DNA of 30,276 nt from Vermamoeba vermiformis. Taxonomy: Eukaryota. The number at the start of each line of letters is the position of its first letter. Position 1 is the first letter of the stretch. Below, piece by piece: positions 12,526-24,158 of this stretch. Under the pieces are notes generated by a model. It was given only the letters and a program-made list of their open reading frames with translations, was not told the DNA's origin and did no database searches. The translations under genes and the position numbers were made by a program. The DNA is taken from the NCBI GenBank assembly GCA_045837725.1, contig JBEWZL010000113.1:62001-92276 (forward strand). The letters are read 5' to 3'.

Positions 12526-14645
12526 CTATTCTTCTTCTCCAAAAAATTCATCCGCAATCTGTTCATAATCAGCGTAGTGTTCCTACCATTAAATTAGTCT
12601 TATTAGCTGAAAATCAAATTACCAAAACGTACTGGATCTAGATTTTCTATGAAGTCAATTAGGGTCTTTATAATTCTCATAATGAAAAGGCGATAACCTG
12701 TAATGTTTTGCTCGCTATGAGCTATTGTAACCATCGTACTATGAATTCTATTTAACAATTCCTCAGAAATCTGATCTTTCAAGTCTTTCTGTTTGCAATA
12801 AGAAAGAACGTTGGTTATTCCTGCCATTAATTTTAGCCTATGAAAGAAAGTGTTAATATTATTTGAGCACAGCGAAGCAGTCGAACACGTTGATTTTTAA
12901 ATTTAATTCTGAAATCGGATGTACCGTACTTGTGATGCGGCAACGTGTCTGTGCCATTCAATAGTGCTTCAATAGTACTTGTAATCACATCTTGCGGCAA
13001 TTCTACTGAGCTACTTAAACTTCCTGTAAGGCAATTTAAAAATATTATGCCGGAGATTTTGACAGGTTCTTGTGAGTCTTTGACGGCATCAAGCGCCATT
13101 CTATTGATTAAATAAATTAGTTAATATTATATTTGCATATTTGGTGATTAATTGGTAATTACCGGAACATTTTCAGTGTAATTTCAGTTGTTATCCGATA
13201 ATAATTCAGTTGTGCCACTGCAATTGCAACTAACTTTCTCTTCCAATTTTTTTCTATATTACAATATTCTTTCCAAGCCCTTTCCACGATCATATTGCCC
13301 AGATCTGAAAAAAGAAATTTAGATTCGGTTACGATTTTTTCTTTGCTTACATTCTAGCAAGTAGGGACGTTCTTGATTATCCTTAATAAGTATTTGGAGA
13401 ATTCTAATGGGGAAATATAGCGTTTCTTCGGGCAAAACGAATTCTTCGTTAATGAGAAGCGGCTCTGCATACAAAAATTGGATCCAACCATCGACTAATC
13501 TCTTCAAATAATTCTCAAGATCACCTTTGTCAGTGAAAATAGTGTGCTTATTCAATAGCAGCTTAAAACTTTCGCTAGAAATGTGCAAAAGTTCGGATGC
13601 GACTCCACGAGACAAATTTTGGTTTTTTTCGCAGAGTGATAATAGCGCCGTACCATGCCTAAAAAAACATTTAATATAAAGTATCTAACTTATATATATA
13701 TTGATATGATATTACTTCAAATACTTGAAATTTTCAACTCGTCTGTCAAGCGCCTCAATAATACGGTGGATCGCTTTCCGAGAACGAGGATCTGCGTCCA
13801 AAATAGCGATCATATCACAAACGAACAAGATATAATTATGGCCTATACGATTATCCAATGTTGGTCTTGCAAATATTTTAAGAGCGTCTCTTAAAGAATT
13901 TTTGTTCAGATCTGCCCACTCGTCTAACTTGTCCTTTTCCAACTAATAATATTATTAATACTATATATTATATTATATATATTAATGGTATTTACTCCCA
14001 AGCCCTCGAGTGCACGATTTAGATCTTGAACAGCCATTTGAAAATGTCCTCTAGATCAATACAGTTAGTCCAGTATCATTTAATATTATTTAAAATATTA
14101 AATTTTTACCTATAAAAGCAGTATTTCTTCCAATCTGGCATCGTAGACGAGTCTATCCAACGACTTAATCAGAACGAACTTTTGGATGGAGATCTGAAAC
14201 TTACTTTCTTCTTCGCGAGGTATAATATAGTCGTTATGATTAGGTTCATCCGTCGCTATATATTGTATTGGAGCTATATTTTCGCCCCACTTATACATGC
14301 AAAGTGATTTCCAGAAGGAACGATCACGGATCAGCCGCGCAAACTTTGAGCAAACTGAAGCTATGCGCGTCGAATGCTCTATAATTAATAACCGTATTTG
14401 TGTTAACGATGATATTAAATCAAATAGACCATCAGAGTAGATCCAGCAAATATTTTAATAAAAATAAATAAGTATTTTCCACTACAAAACTCACCAAGTT
14501 TACGCATTGGTATTCGCATTAATATTTGCATAACTAATTCTTCGGGTAGGGAATTTATACTGCATAATAAAGTCTCTTCAAGTTTAGGTTTCTTATTTGC
14601 TTGAGCTTCCTCCAGATCTGCTTCTCCTGCTCGTCTTTTTGCCAT
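12526..14645 (-). CDS. F-box protein with a basic NLS-like N-terminus and a predicted alpha-helical (ARM/HEAT-like) C-terminal region
   Basis: Multi-exon. MAKRR...NKKPKL, then F-box INSLPEELVMQILMRIPMRKL|EHSTRIASVCSKFARLIRDRSFWKSLC. Downstream exons are amphipathic-helical. Last exon EHYADYEQIADEFFGEEE with stop at 12528-12526. Confidence 0.85.
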
Positions 14646-14790
14646 TTGCAAAGCACTATTATCATAATATTAATTTAATCATTAGAGGGCCATTTGGTGT
14701 TATGGCTCAAAAAATAAAATTATGTCCGTTGTATTTGCATTCGTGATTGAAGACCACGTAAGAGCTATAATACTGTTATTATTAATTATA

Positions 14791-15402
14791 ATGGGCAATA
14801 AGCAACGGAAATCAGCGACAGACAAGGTTATTAACGAGAATTCAGCGCTCGATCTGCCATTTTTGCCGGTAGAACTTTGGGAATTGTTGTTATCTTATTG
14901 CTCACGTCAAACATTAGCTATGGTATTGCCTAAAGTATCAAAAATGTGTAGAAAACTATTGAATGGCGCTTGGAGGATAAAATTTAAACGAGATTATCCG
15001 GATTTAAAAGAGCAGCCGTATGATGAAAACAGCTGGAAGGATTTATATTTAGGTATGTTATATTTACCTTATTTTTCTAAATATTTTAATTTAATTCGTC
15101 CTCGTTGCCTCGATCTCAAAAAAAATAATTAATCAATTTAAAAAATAGGGCCACGCGATTTTTTCCCTTTTCTTGGATTCATTATTGGTAGAACTACGTA
15201 TAAAGAGCTAGCAGATACTAAAGGCGCCATCATTAAACCGGATGTTCCAAATGACGAGGGAACGCGCTTCCTGAAGTGCGTGGATATGGCCGACTTTAAT
15301 TTTGATTGTGAGTCATGGGCAAATATTTATCAGATTGCATATTCGCCAGTGGTTGAACGCTTATATTCCATTGTAAGTTTACAATGTAGGAAGATAGCGT
15401 GA
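14791..15402 (+). CDS. F-box protein with a candidate N-myristoylation start (MGNKQRKS); 3' end uncertain
   Basis: Exon 14791-15052 encodes LPFLPVELWELLLSYC...LPKVSKMCRKLLNGAW...SWKDLY. Exon 2 from 15149 reads GPRDFFPFLGFIIGRTTYKEL. It either ends at TGA 15400-15402 or splices at GTAAGT (~15373) to a further short exon ending near 15548. Confidence 0.75.
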
Positions 15403-15791
15403 GATATCTACGTCACCGCAGGAATGAAATCTTTGTCAAAATAATAACTACTATTGACTAGCAAGTATTGGCGAATAATTTGATCAATTAGACTGTTCGG
15501 TCTTCAAGTGGATTTGGTGGCAAGTTTCTGAAACAGATCCAAAACTGAATCAACGACAAGGACCGCTCTCCCTTTGATGGTAGGTGTAAGGTACTGTAAT
15601 ATTATACTTTTCGGTTTTTAATTCGCTGTTTAAAGCAGGTGATTTGTGATGTAATCACACGTTATTTGACGTGACAGGCTTTAAAAGATTCTGTGAGCCG
15701 AAACCAGCGCATTTTTTGCTCGTTCGTGTTGCAGTAGCCACAAGAAGCTGATTATAGGAACACGAAGTTTATAGATCAAGCTTGAACGCAG

Positions 15792-17739
15792 ATGCAATCC
15801 CAAAAATTTCTGATTCAGATCCTCGCGATCTTGGCTTTGTTTTCTGCAACGCTCGCAGACCCAAGTAAGTCTATCTTATTTAATTTAATATTTGTACTTA
15901 TCAAGTCCATTGTCAGTGTTGATTCATTTTTTTTTTTAAAGTTTTGTGTGGATCGCAGTCTTTTCTTTTTCTTAGTAAAAATCTAACTGTAATGTCATAG
16001 GCCTTGAATTTGACACCTCAAAGTTGTGCACGGAAAGCTATTGGCTGACAATTAACTACTTTGACGCGGTAGTCGGGGATGAAATCATCTTTTCTGGTGG
16101 CGTTAATGGAGCGACTCGTTATGTAACATATACCGTTACTGCTAGTGGTTCAGGTATTTAAATTAATATTCTATTAAGATCCGCTCAAACGGCCTAGGTC
16201 GGAAAAAACTCCGGCGTCATGGATTTACATTGTGTTTGCTGAATTTCTTCCAAGATGTCTAATTTTGTTATTTAAATAGGCTCTTTTGGAACGTACATCG
16301 TCTATCCAGGTCCTGGTGCTAATAACCTTTACTTCGCTCAGATGCGCAATTCTACCAAACAACTTTACGAAATTGACCTCAATGTGGCTGCTTGTACAGG
16401 TTAGTACCATACATATTTGTATAATGAGCCGTTATAACCCCGAATATAGTTCTGCGTTTTTTTAATGTCTCAAGCATGCGGAGATCTCGGTTTTTTTTTA
16501 AATTGCTAATTGTTGATTTAATAGGACTCACCACTACCGATCAGCCTGCCTCAAAGCAAGCTGTTTGGGTTGCTGATGTCTTTCGAAAAGATACATCGCC
16601 TTCATCTACTGGCTATTTTTGGAATAGCCACTTACAAACCGCCGCGGATGATATTTTAACGAATTCAGCGGCATGTAGCTCATGGACATCTAGTGGTGTA
16701 TCGCCATATTTATCGGCTCGAAATTATACTTCTTCGAGATCATATTGCTTGTTTTTTGAAAGTACTTCGGCGGATGCCGGTGGATTCATCCAATACCTTA
16801 GCTCTAATAACCTTATGTTGCAACCTAACTGGGATGTAAGCTACAATATTTAAAGCCGCTTCATTATTATTAACGACTAATAATTATTTTTATTAGTATT
16901 ACGATGAAGTAGCATTCGCTCAAGACAGTACCAACAAATATTGGGTCATAATTCTCGCCACTAGACCAAGATACTCGTGCGGCAATAAGTACAGATCCAT
17001 TGTTGCCAGCGAAGAATGTGATGACGGAAACAACAACAACAACGATGGTTGTGATAGCGGATGCAACGTCGAAGCTGGTTGGACCTGCTCAGAAAGTGTC
17101 TTGACTGAAGGTTCCTCTTGCGTCCAAGGCCCTGTCCCACCCACGGCACCCGTGCCAGTGCCGGTTGCAGCACCAGTCACTGTCCCTCAGGCTGAAACTC
17201 CTACTGCTGGCACTCCCACTGCCGCTCCAACTAGCACTCCGACCGCTGTTCCCTCGACCGCACCTACGAGTGGCACTCCTACTGGCAGCACTCCCAGCGG
17301 TTCCACACCCTCAGCTGTGCCAAGTGGCTCAACACCTTCAGCTACTCCTCAAGGCAGCACTCCAACTGGTCAAACCCCTACGGGTCAAACTCCGACGGGT
17401 CAAACTCCAAGTGGCCAGACACCCTCTTCACCTGCATCGCCTTCGTCCCCGCAAGGCTCGACGCCTTCATCCCCTTCGAGCCCCACTGCTGCGCCAAGTG
17501 GTTCGGAGTCACCGTCACCCCACACTCCCGCGGACGAGTCACCTCTCCCCTCGCAATCTCCCGACGGTGCGCTTACTCCCAGTGATGCACCAACTGTTGC
17601 TCCTTCAGTCTCTGGACCGTTCTCTCCGCGCCCTTCGAGAACACCAGCTGATAGCGGCGTTACTAGCGGCAGCGAAAAAATTACAGCCTCAGTTATGATG
17701 GTCATTGTAACTATGCTGTCCGTTGTTATCGCTTTTTAA
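15792..17739 (+). CDS. Cell-surface protein paralog C (same architecture as A and B)
   Basis: Signal peptide, then LEFDTSKLC; ADVFRK...YFWNSHLQTAADDIL; YYDEVAFAQDSTNKYWVIILATR; CGNKYRSIVASEECDDGNNNNNDGCDSGCNVEAGWTC; ~190-aa Pro/Thr/Ser stalk; hydrophobic C-terminus. Confidence 0.88.
17365..17424 (+). repeat. 15-bp coding tandem repeat x4 (TGQTP)
   Basis: ACTGGTCAAACCCCT ACGGGTCAAACTCCG ACGGGTCAAACTCCA AGTGGCCAGACACCC. Confidence 0.85.
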
Positions 17740-17826
17740 GTTAATATGCACTTTATTTTGTAAATAATAAGTGTTAATAAAGAATATTCAAAGCTTGAAT
17801 AAACACTCGAATTTTTTGAACAAGAT

Positions 17827-19154
17827 CTACGCCTCTTGCTTTTTCAAGTTCAAATGGTGTCTGGTCACCCAAATATTGAACGGCATCGTTGGATACAGGT
17901 CGCGAAGTGCCTCTGACAATAATAATTATTACAAAGCCTCTAGCGAAATGAAACAAAAAACGTACTGGGATCTCCAACGAATTGTTCTTGCGGAGCAATT
18001 TGGAACCAGCGGTAGATATCTAATAATCTTTGTTCTCCAACGTCATTAAACGGAATCTGCTCGTACGTGCACTTCAATAACTTCGCGTATTCTTTCATCT
18101 ACACGAGCATTAGAAAACGAAAAAAGATCTCAGTCTATTACTCACGGTCATCTGTTCTGACACGAGTTCATAGGTCTTGTTAATAAAAGTCAACGGATTT
18201 TTGAAGATCATGACCACAAAGGCGCCTTCAAACGGTTAGTAGCGCGAAAATGCCGGATGCATAGGCGTACCGAGATCGTCCTTCGAAATGACGGCCAAGG
18301 TATCATGCGGTCTTAAAGGTTGCTTCAGAACGCCCTTTTCCAAGTGCTGGACTGTTCCGGGGTAGAAATCGTTCAAGAAGTTCTCCATGAAGAATGCCTT
18401 TGCCAGTACAAATCAGTTAAGTCACGATTTTTGCGATTAAGTCACGGTTTGTAGAACTTACGGGTCTAAGAATAGTGTAAGGCAAGTAGCTGTCCTTGAG
18501 ATGATCTTCAATTTGATTCTTGACTTCAAATTCAGGTACGCCAGTCTTCTTGTCGGCCGCGTAGACGGATCCATAAACAACATGGCGAACATCCGATCTA
18601 AAACGCTAAAATTAGAACAACAACTAAAGAAGAAATTTTGGATTAGAACTTACCTCTTAGCGGCGTAGATAATGTTAATAGCCTCTTGCATCTCGTCTTC
18701 TTTCTTCCAAGAGTACGCAGGAGTCGAGTGCGAGAAGAACACATACTCGATGCCTAATGCTTTGAAATCCGTAACAAGTTTATCCGCATCCTTAAGGTTG
18801 AGATCGACCCATTGGATAATGCCTAAGATTTTTGAGATCAGATCCAAGAACGAAAACTCATGAAATTTCTTTGGGTTGCTACAACAATTCAAATGTAGCA
18901 TCTTTATCGAATTCAAATATGATATTTATGTTATACTTACCTTGTTTCTTGCTCAATGCGTACTCGTAATCGCTCGTGTACCTCGTGTACGCGTAGATCT
19001 TGAACTCTGCTGGCGCGAGCTCCAAAAGCTTCTTAATTACAGCAGTGCCTTGCTCGTCTATTCAAATGTAAGTATACATTGTTCTATTAGTAATATCTTG
19101 TCTAGACTTACGGCCTAAGCTTCCAATTACTATTACGTTTTTTACGCTCGACAT
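17827..19154 (-). CDS. NmrA-like (HSCARG-type) atypical SDR, NAD(P)-binding
   Basis: Multi-exon. MSSVKNVIVIGSLG|HEQGTAVIKKLL, AYTR, AINIIYAAKR|SDVRHVVYGSV, GVPEFEVKNQIEDHLKDSYLPYTILRP|AFFMENF, ISKDDL|GAFV. Ends KKQEA with stop at 17829-17827. Confidence 0.92.
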
Positions 19155-20090
19155 TTTTAACTAGATGTGTTGCTTTTTTGAGTGTATGATATCGGTATTG
19201 GCGAAAGATTATTGTGTTCATGTTTTTAAATGTTTTGGTGAGCTAAATGTGCGATATTTACTCGGTATTTTGTACTGTTTTGGCGGATCTATCCAAATAA
19301 AGAAGCGTATCAAAATTATACAGTTATAATTCACTTAAATATTCAATGTAAAAATCTAATTGAATTCTGGCGTCATAATTCGCGTCTAATCGTGCTTATA
19401 CACGGCAGAAAATATTTTGGACTTGCTACGCCGGTCAAATTTCGTTTTACCTTCGTGTTAACAATAATAAATGTATAAATGAGTATATATTCATAATGGC
19501 TAAATTACTTATCGGCCTGGTAATAGATATAGGCATTAGGTAATTCTGGGGGAAGTTACAAAAAACAAATAATGCCATCCATAAATTTGTAAAGAAGCGA
19601 GGTGCACTCCTTTCTACGTTCGAACGGGCATTTATTGCTCACATAGAGCTACAACGAATGACAATATTATTTACAATGCGTAACATATTTATACAAGCAG
19701 ACACGTGACATGTGATTCTGCTCCGCCTCTTCACAAATTAAATAATTATCTATTAATAACGCTGCGTTATTAAAATTGGCACAAAAATTTAGTTATATGA
19801 TTATACCTTTTGTGGGCGGTAGAGCTTGGTTTTAGTTCACTATTTAATTCGTGAGTTCGAATTCAAGGACGCCCGACTCGTGGATTAAATCACGCATTAC
19901 ACCGGCAATATCATCATTAGGTCTACCATTTCCTAATAATTTCACGAATGAGAGGCCTCTCCCTCCATCCGACGGTGGTAGATCGAAAGAAATTTCTCTT
20001 TTTTCAACGAAACCAACTCTCGGTTCAGACTTGATTTTATAATTAAATTAATGAAGAGCACCACGTAGTTATATTATAGGCAATACTATT

Positions 20091-22386
20091 ATGAACGAGC
20101 AAGAGGAGACGGAGTTACAGGTCCTACAGTCGATCTGGGATGTAAGTAACGCGTTGAGCTATAATTAATTATAAATAGCACTAAATAGTAGGTTAAATTA
20201 TTTTAGGAAGATTTTATAGTTAAAGAGCCTCGATTGTACAGCGCCATCTTGCGACCAGATGAGCACATTACTTTGGCCCTCGAATTTGAGTAAGAAAATA
20301 CTCGTAAAAATAATCACTAATATTTATAAATATAATGGTAGCTATACAGGCATTTTTGATGTCTTTCAGTACCAGATTTCGTTATTGCAAAATATTAATT
20401 TAATTTTATTTTCTTAGCTGCCGAAATACAGATTATCCAAATACAATTCCGACGATAAAGATCCGATTAATTAAAGGATATATTATTCCTATGTATAAAG
20501 AATACCTTGAACGGACTTTGACGGATTCAGTAAGTTGTCGAAATTGAATTAGCCGTTACAACAATAATTAAGAGCATTAAATTGCAAAAGAAAAGCGATA
20601 CTTTCATATAAAATATATTTAACAATTGTATATACAGGCCTATGAGAAAATAGGCTTGCCAATGATGTACGATCTGATCGAGCAAGCCAAACAAGAGATT
20701 GAAGTGCACGATCTTACGCAAGGATCAATTGGCATATTAGTACCTGATACATTATTGCTAATATTTAAGAAGTTGGACTACCGTAGTTTAAGTACGTTTG
20801 AAAGTCAGATCCGATCCACATCCAAAAAAATATCCAACGACGACAAAATACTACATTTTATTCTATATTTGATCTATATTAACCTTATTTCATATACTTA
20901 GCGAGTTGTGGAGCCGTCAGTAAGCGTTGGAAAGCTATAACTTCGAATGACCGACTGTAAGTTCCCGTATTCTTTTCGCCGTTATTTTTAATGCACAAAA
21001 TTCTCAGAATTTACTGCGTATTATTTATTCTATGGTTTTTAAAACGTTCGTTTTCAATTCAAAGCAATCGTACTTTGCAGATCCAGATAGATCCGTTACA
21101 ACAATATCGATTAATAAGTTGTTAGTTTATAATTTTAAAGATAAGATGGCCTAGTATCATAACATACTAATATTTGGATTACTATAGATGGAAAAAAATG
21201 TGTTCAGATCTCGAATTCGTTCAATTTCACGAAAAACTTGCAACGATTGAAAAACGCGAAGAAACGTCGTACCGCGAGTACTTTACCATATTAAGAAAAT
21301 CAGTCTTGAAACATTTGTTCAACAAACACCCACACGTGTTGTCCATTCACAGCGATCCGACCAATAGCGTTGAATTTCCAATGACACCTGTCACTTTTTG
21401 TCAACAAATCGTGACTTATTTGCAGACTCGATGCCATGCAAATATTCGACAATGTGAACCCGAAATGTTGTCTTTCCAAAAATGGCGTAAGTAGATCCCG
21501 AATCCGCAGTAATTCTGCAAATTTTAATTCAATATTTATTCAATAGATCTTGTTATTAACAACACTAAAACTAATTTTTTATCGCAGAATCGGTGTACAG
21601 TACTGAAACATTTACGCTCTACACGGTGTCACAAGCTGAGCGACTATTCTCAACGTCCCCGTGGTACTACCGCGCGCTAAAATTGCACAATGAATTGAAA
21701 TGTCCTTACGTCGGACCTGTCGTAGGATTTGTCGCTGTTAATTTGAGATATAGCAGGGATGATAGGCAGAAACAATTATTCCGATGCACGCGCGGAATAT
21801 TAGCGAATGTATCTTTGCCTGCTTATTCAGAGTGCACAGTGATCAAATCAAAAGCGAAATACGAAATGGACTCTTCCCTCAGTAAGTCACAAAGATTACA
21901 ATTTTTTCACAGATGCGGATCTAGCCAGATCTAACGCATTTTATCAACGTAATACTCCCACCGATTGTTCTTATGATCCGCCTAAATTACAGCAATTATA
22001 GACATTCAATTCTTTCACTCGTACAGTTAGATCTGTTTCCGTGAAAAATTTCAATGACACGTGTCAAACTTTGAACACGTACAATAACTAATGTCATTGT
22101 TACAGATATCCATTTCTTGCCTTCTCCAGGTCGCGATTCGATGGTAGAAGATTTAAATGTGCCTACGAAACTTACCAAAGATTTACGAAGAGTGTTGAAA
22201 GAGCAAAAAGGCTTGACGTCTATTACTCTTGCGGAGTTTTGGCACATTGATGAAACAATTACAAATACAACGAAAATGAGTCTCGGCGCTGCTGCTGAAT
22301 CGTCGTTCGAAGAATTTGCAAAAGAATTGTTAGAATCAAATCCGAACGTGCTACACCCACAAGAAAAGCCCATAATATACAAATGA
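20091..22386 (+). CDS. RWD domain + F-box fusion protein with an unrecognised C-terminal region
   Basis: Spliced RWD: MNEQEETELQVLQSIWD|EDF...EF|DCRNTDYPNTIPTIKI...LTDS|AYEKIGLPMMYDLIEQAKQEI. F-box: LVPDTLLLIFKKLDYRSL|TSCGAVSKRWKAITSNDRL|WKKMC. Exact later exon borders are less certain. Confidence 0.87.
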
Positions 22387-22551
22387 CATTACATTCGTAA
22401 TATTGTAAATAAAAATAGTCGCAAAGAAATTTAGCTTGGGAAAGTTCAAAATTTTTCAACCCGATTTTTATGTTTCAGCTAAAGGACAGCGGACACGAAC
22501 ACTAACTATGCTCACTTAATATTATAATACATTTATTCAAGTACAAACAAC

Positions 22552-23284
22552 ATGGGAGACTTTCGGCGTAGAAAGGTGGTGGTCGTTGGTGACCAATCCG
22601 TCGGTAAAACTAGCTTGCTGAACGTTCTGCACAGCGGAAAATATTCTCGAGATACAGAACCACCAGAGGGATATTGTAAGTATTAAGAACAACGAGCATT
22701 GCCTACAAGCGGATGTAAATATTAAATAACATTTTTGAATTTCAGTTAGAATATTTGAATATGATGAAACGAAGTATCAAGTATATTTTTATGATACAGC
22801 TGGTAATCCAGAGTACGAAAGGTAATTTTAATTAATTTTGTACACTTTTTTAAAGCCAATCCGCCGATCTGAATTCTATCTGTAAATTGCTTACAATAAG
22901 ACTTAACTTAATTATAGACTGCGAGCCTTGTCATATAAAGATACGCATTTGTTTTTAATTGCATTCGACATTGCCAATCGCATCTCATTCGATGCTGTTC
23001 GTACCAGATGGATCCCAGAGTTGAAACAGAACTGCCCAAAAGCACCCTATATGATAATAGGAACTAAAGTAGATTTAAGAAGTGAGCCTGAGCTTCAAGT
23101 AAAGACCGTAGCCTTTGAAGAAGCAGATCTGCTTGCGCGAGAAACGAGTCAATTTCGGTATTTGGAAATTTCAGCGAAAGACAATATTGGCTTGACTGAA
23201 TTATTGAACGCTATTAAAGTTGAAATAATAACGACCAAAGATGAAGCTAATAATGAAACCAAGAAGCGTTGTACAGTAATGTAA
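22552..23284 (+). CDS. Atypical Rho-family small GTPase with CaaX box
   Basis: Three exons (22552-22675, 22746-22821, 22918-23284). KVVVVGDQSVGKT, DTAGNPEYERLRALSY, WIPEL, GTKVDLR, YLEISAK, C-terminal KKRCTVM. Confidence 0.92.
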
Positions 23285-23644
23285 TTTAAAGTCGAAACTC
23301 GATCTAGAGTTATTTTATGTTACTCTCAAACGATAGTTCTGACTCAATAGATATCATTCACCCTATTTTGTTGCCTCCTTAAGATTGTTACAATTGCTTC
23401 AGTCAAAGTCTTCTACCGAGATCTCGTTTACGTTCCTTCTTGACGACGGTCAGTCAGCAGCTGATTCAAAGATATGCACGCGAGTGAATATAACACGAAT
23501 TTATTTATTATGAGTGAGTAATAAAACAATTTCATTTTGTATAATAGATAAGTTACAGAAAAACAGGCTGTCTTCCGTCAGATCTTGATCCACGGCAAAA
23601 AATCTGAAGGCAGTTAAGCCCGATGTGATGTGTTGTCAAGCTGG

Positions 23645-23917
23645 TTAGCGTTGGACGTGGGATTCAAGGTCAAAATTGCCCAAATATTCGCAGTTCGTGA
23701 TAACTTCGAGGTGACCGATGATGCGCACAAACCGAGTGTTTGGAGTGTTAGGTATACCCGTCCATACTGGCAGAAAACAGGCGTCCTCTTCTCGAAAACA
23801 AAGACGAAATGACCAACCATGAGGCAAGCAATAAAGGAGATTTGGATCGTGATCTTTGTAGAAGTAGATCTTTTGATCAGTTGAAGAGCAGTTGTTGTTC
23901 TTATTGTTGTTAGCCAT
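23645..23917 (-). CDS. Small (~90 aa) intronless hypothetical protein
   Basis: ATG at 23917 in the AAATG context used by other genes here. Codon usage resembles neighbouring genes. Product MANNNKNNNCSSTDQKIYFYKDHDPNLLYCLPHGWSFRLCF... No family recognised. Confidence 0.5.
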   Translation of the reverse strand: MANNNKNNNCSSTDQKIYFYKDHDPNLLYCLPHGWSFRLCFREEDACFLPVWTGIPNTPNTRFVRIIGHLEVITNCEYLGNFDLESHVQR

Positions 23918-24158
23918 TTGATAGTAAGTAATGAATGATGAACGACCGATTTTTTCATTATTTATGCACAAAAATTGATGGACAACTGTGATGGACAAGG
24001 TTCGGCGGATGTAAATCCGCGTTAAATTTCGAAAACCAAAAGACCAATGTTCTTCGCAAGGGTTTTATTTACATCAAAAAAAAGCTAAAACTACAAAAAT
24101 AAGTCACGTAGCTCACCCGTGACCCGAGATCTTCTTTTTCATTTTTTGTTTCTATTCG

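Noticed and set aside
17774-17998. 74-aa minus-strand ORF as the NmrA C-terminus
   Set aside because: Correct splicing uses another frame (KALRDLYPTMPFNIW...KKQEA*), ending at 17827.
19860-19920. C-box-like ATGATGA on the minus strand (possible snoRNA)
   Set aside because: No suitably placed CTGA D box or terminal stem.
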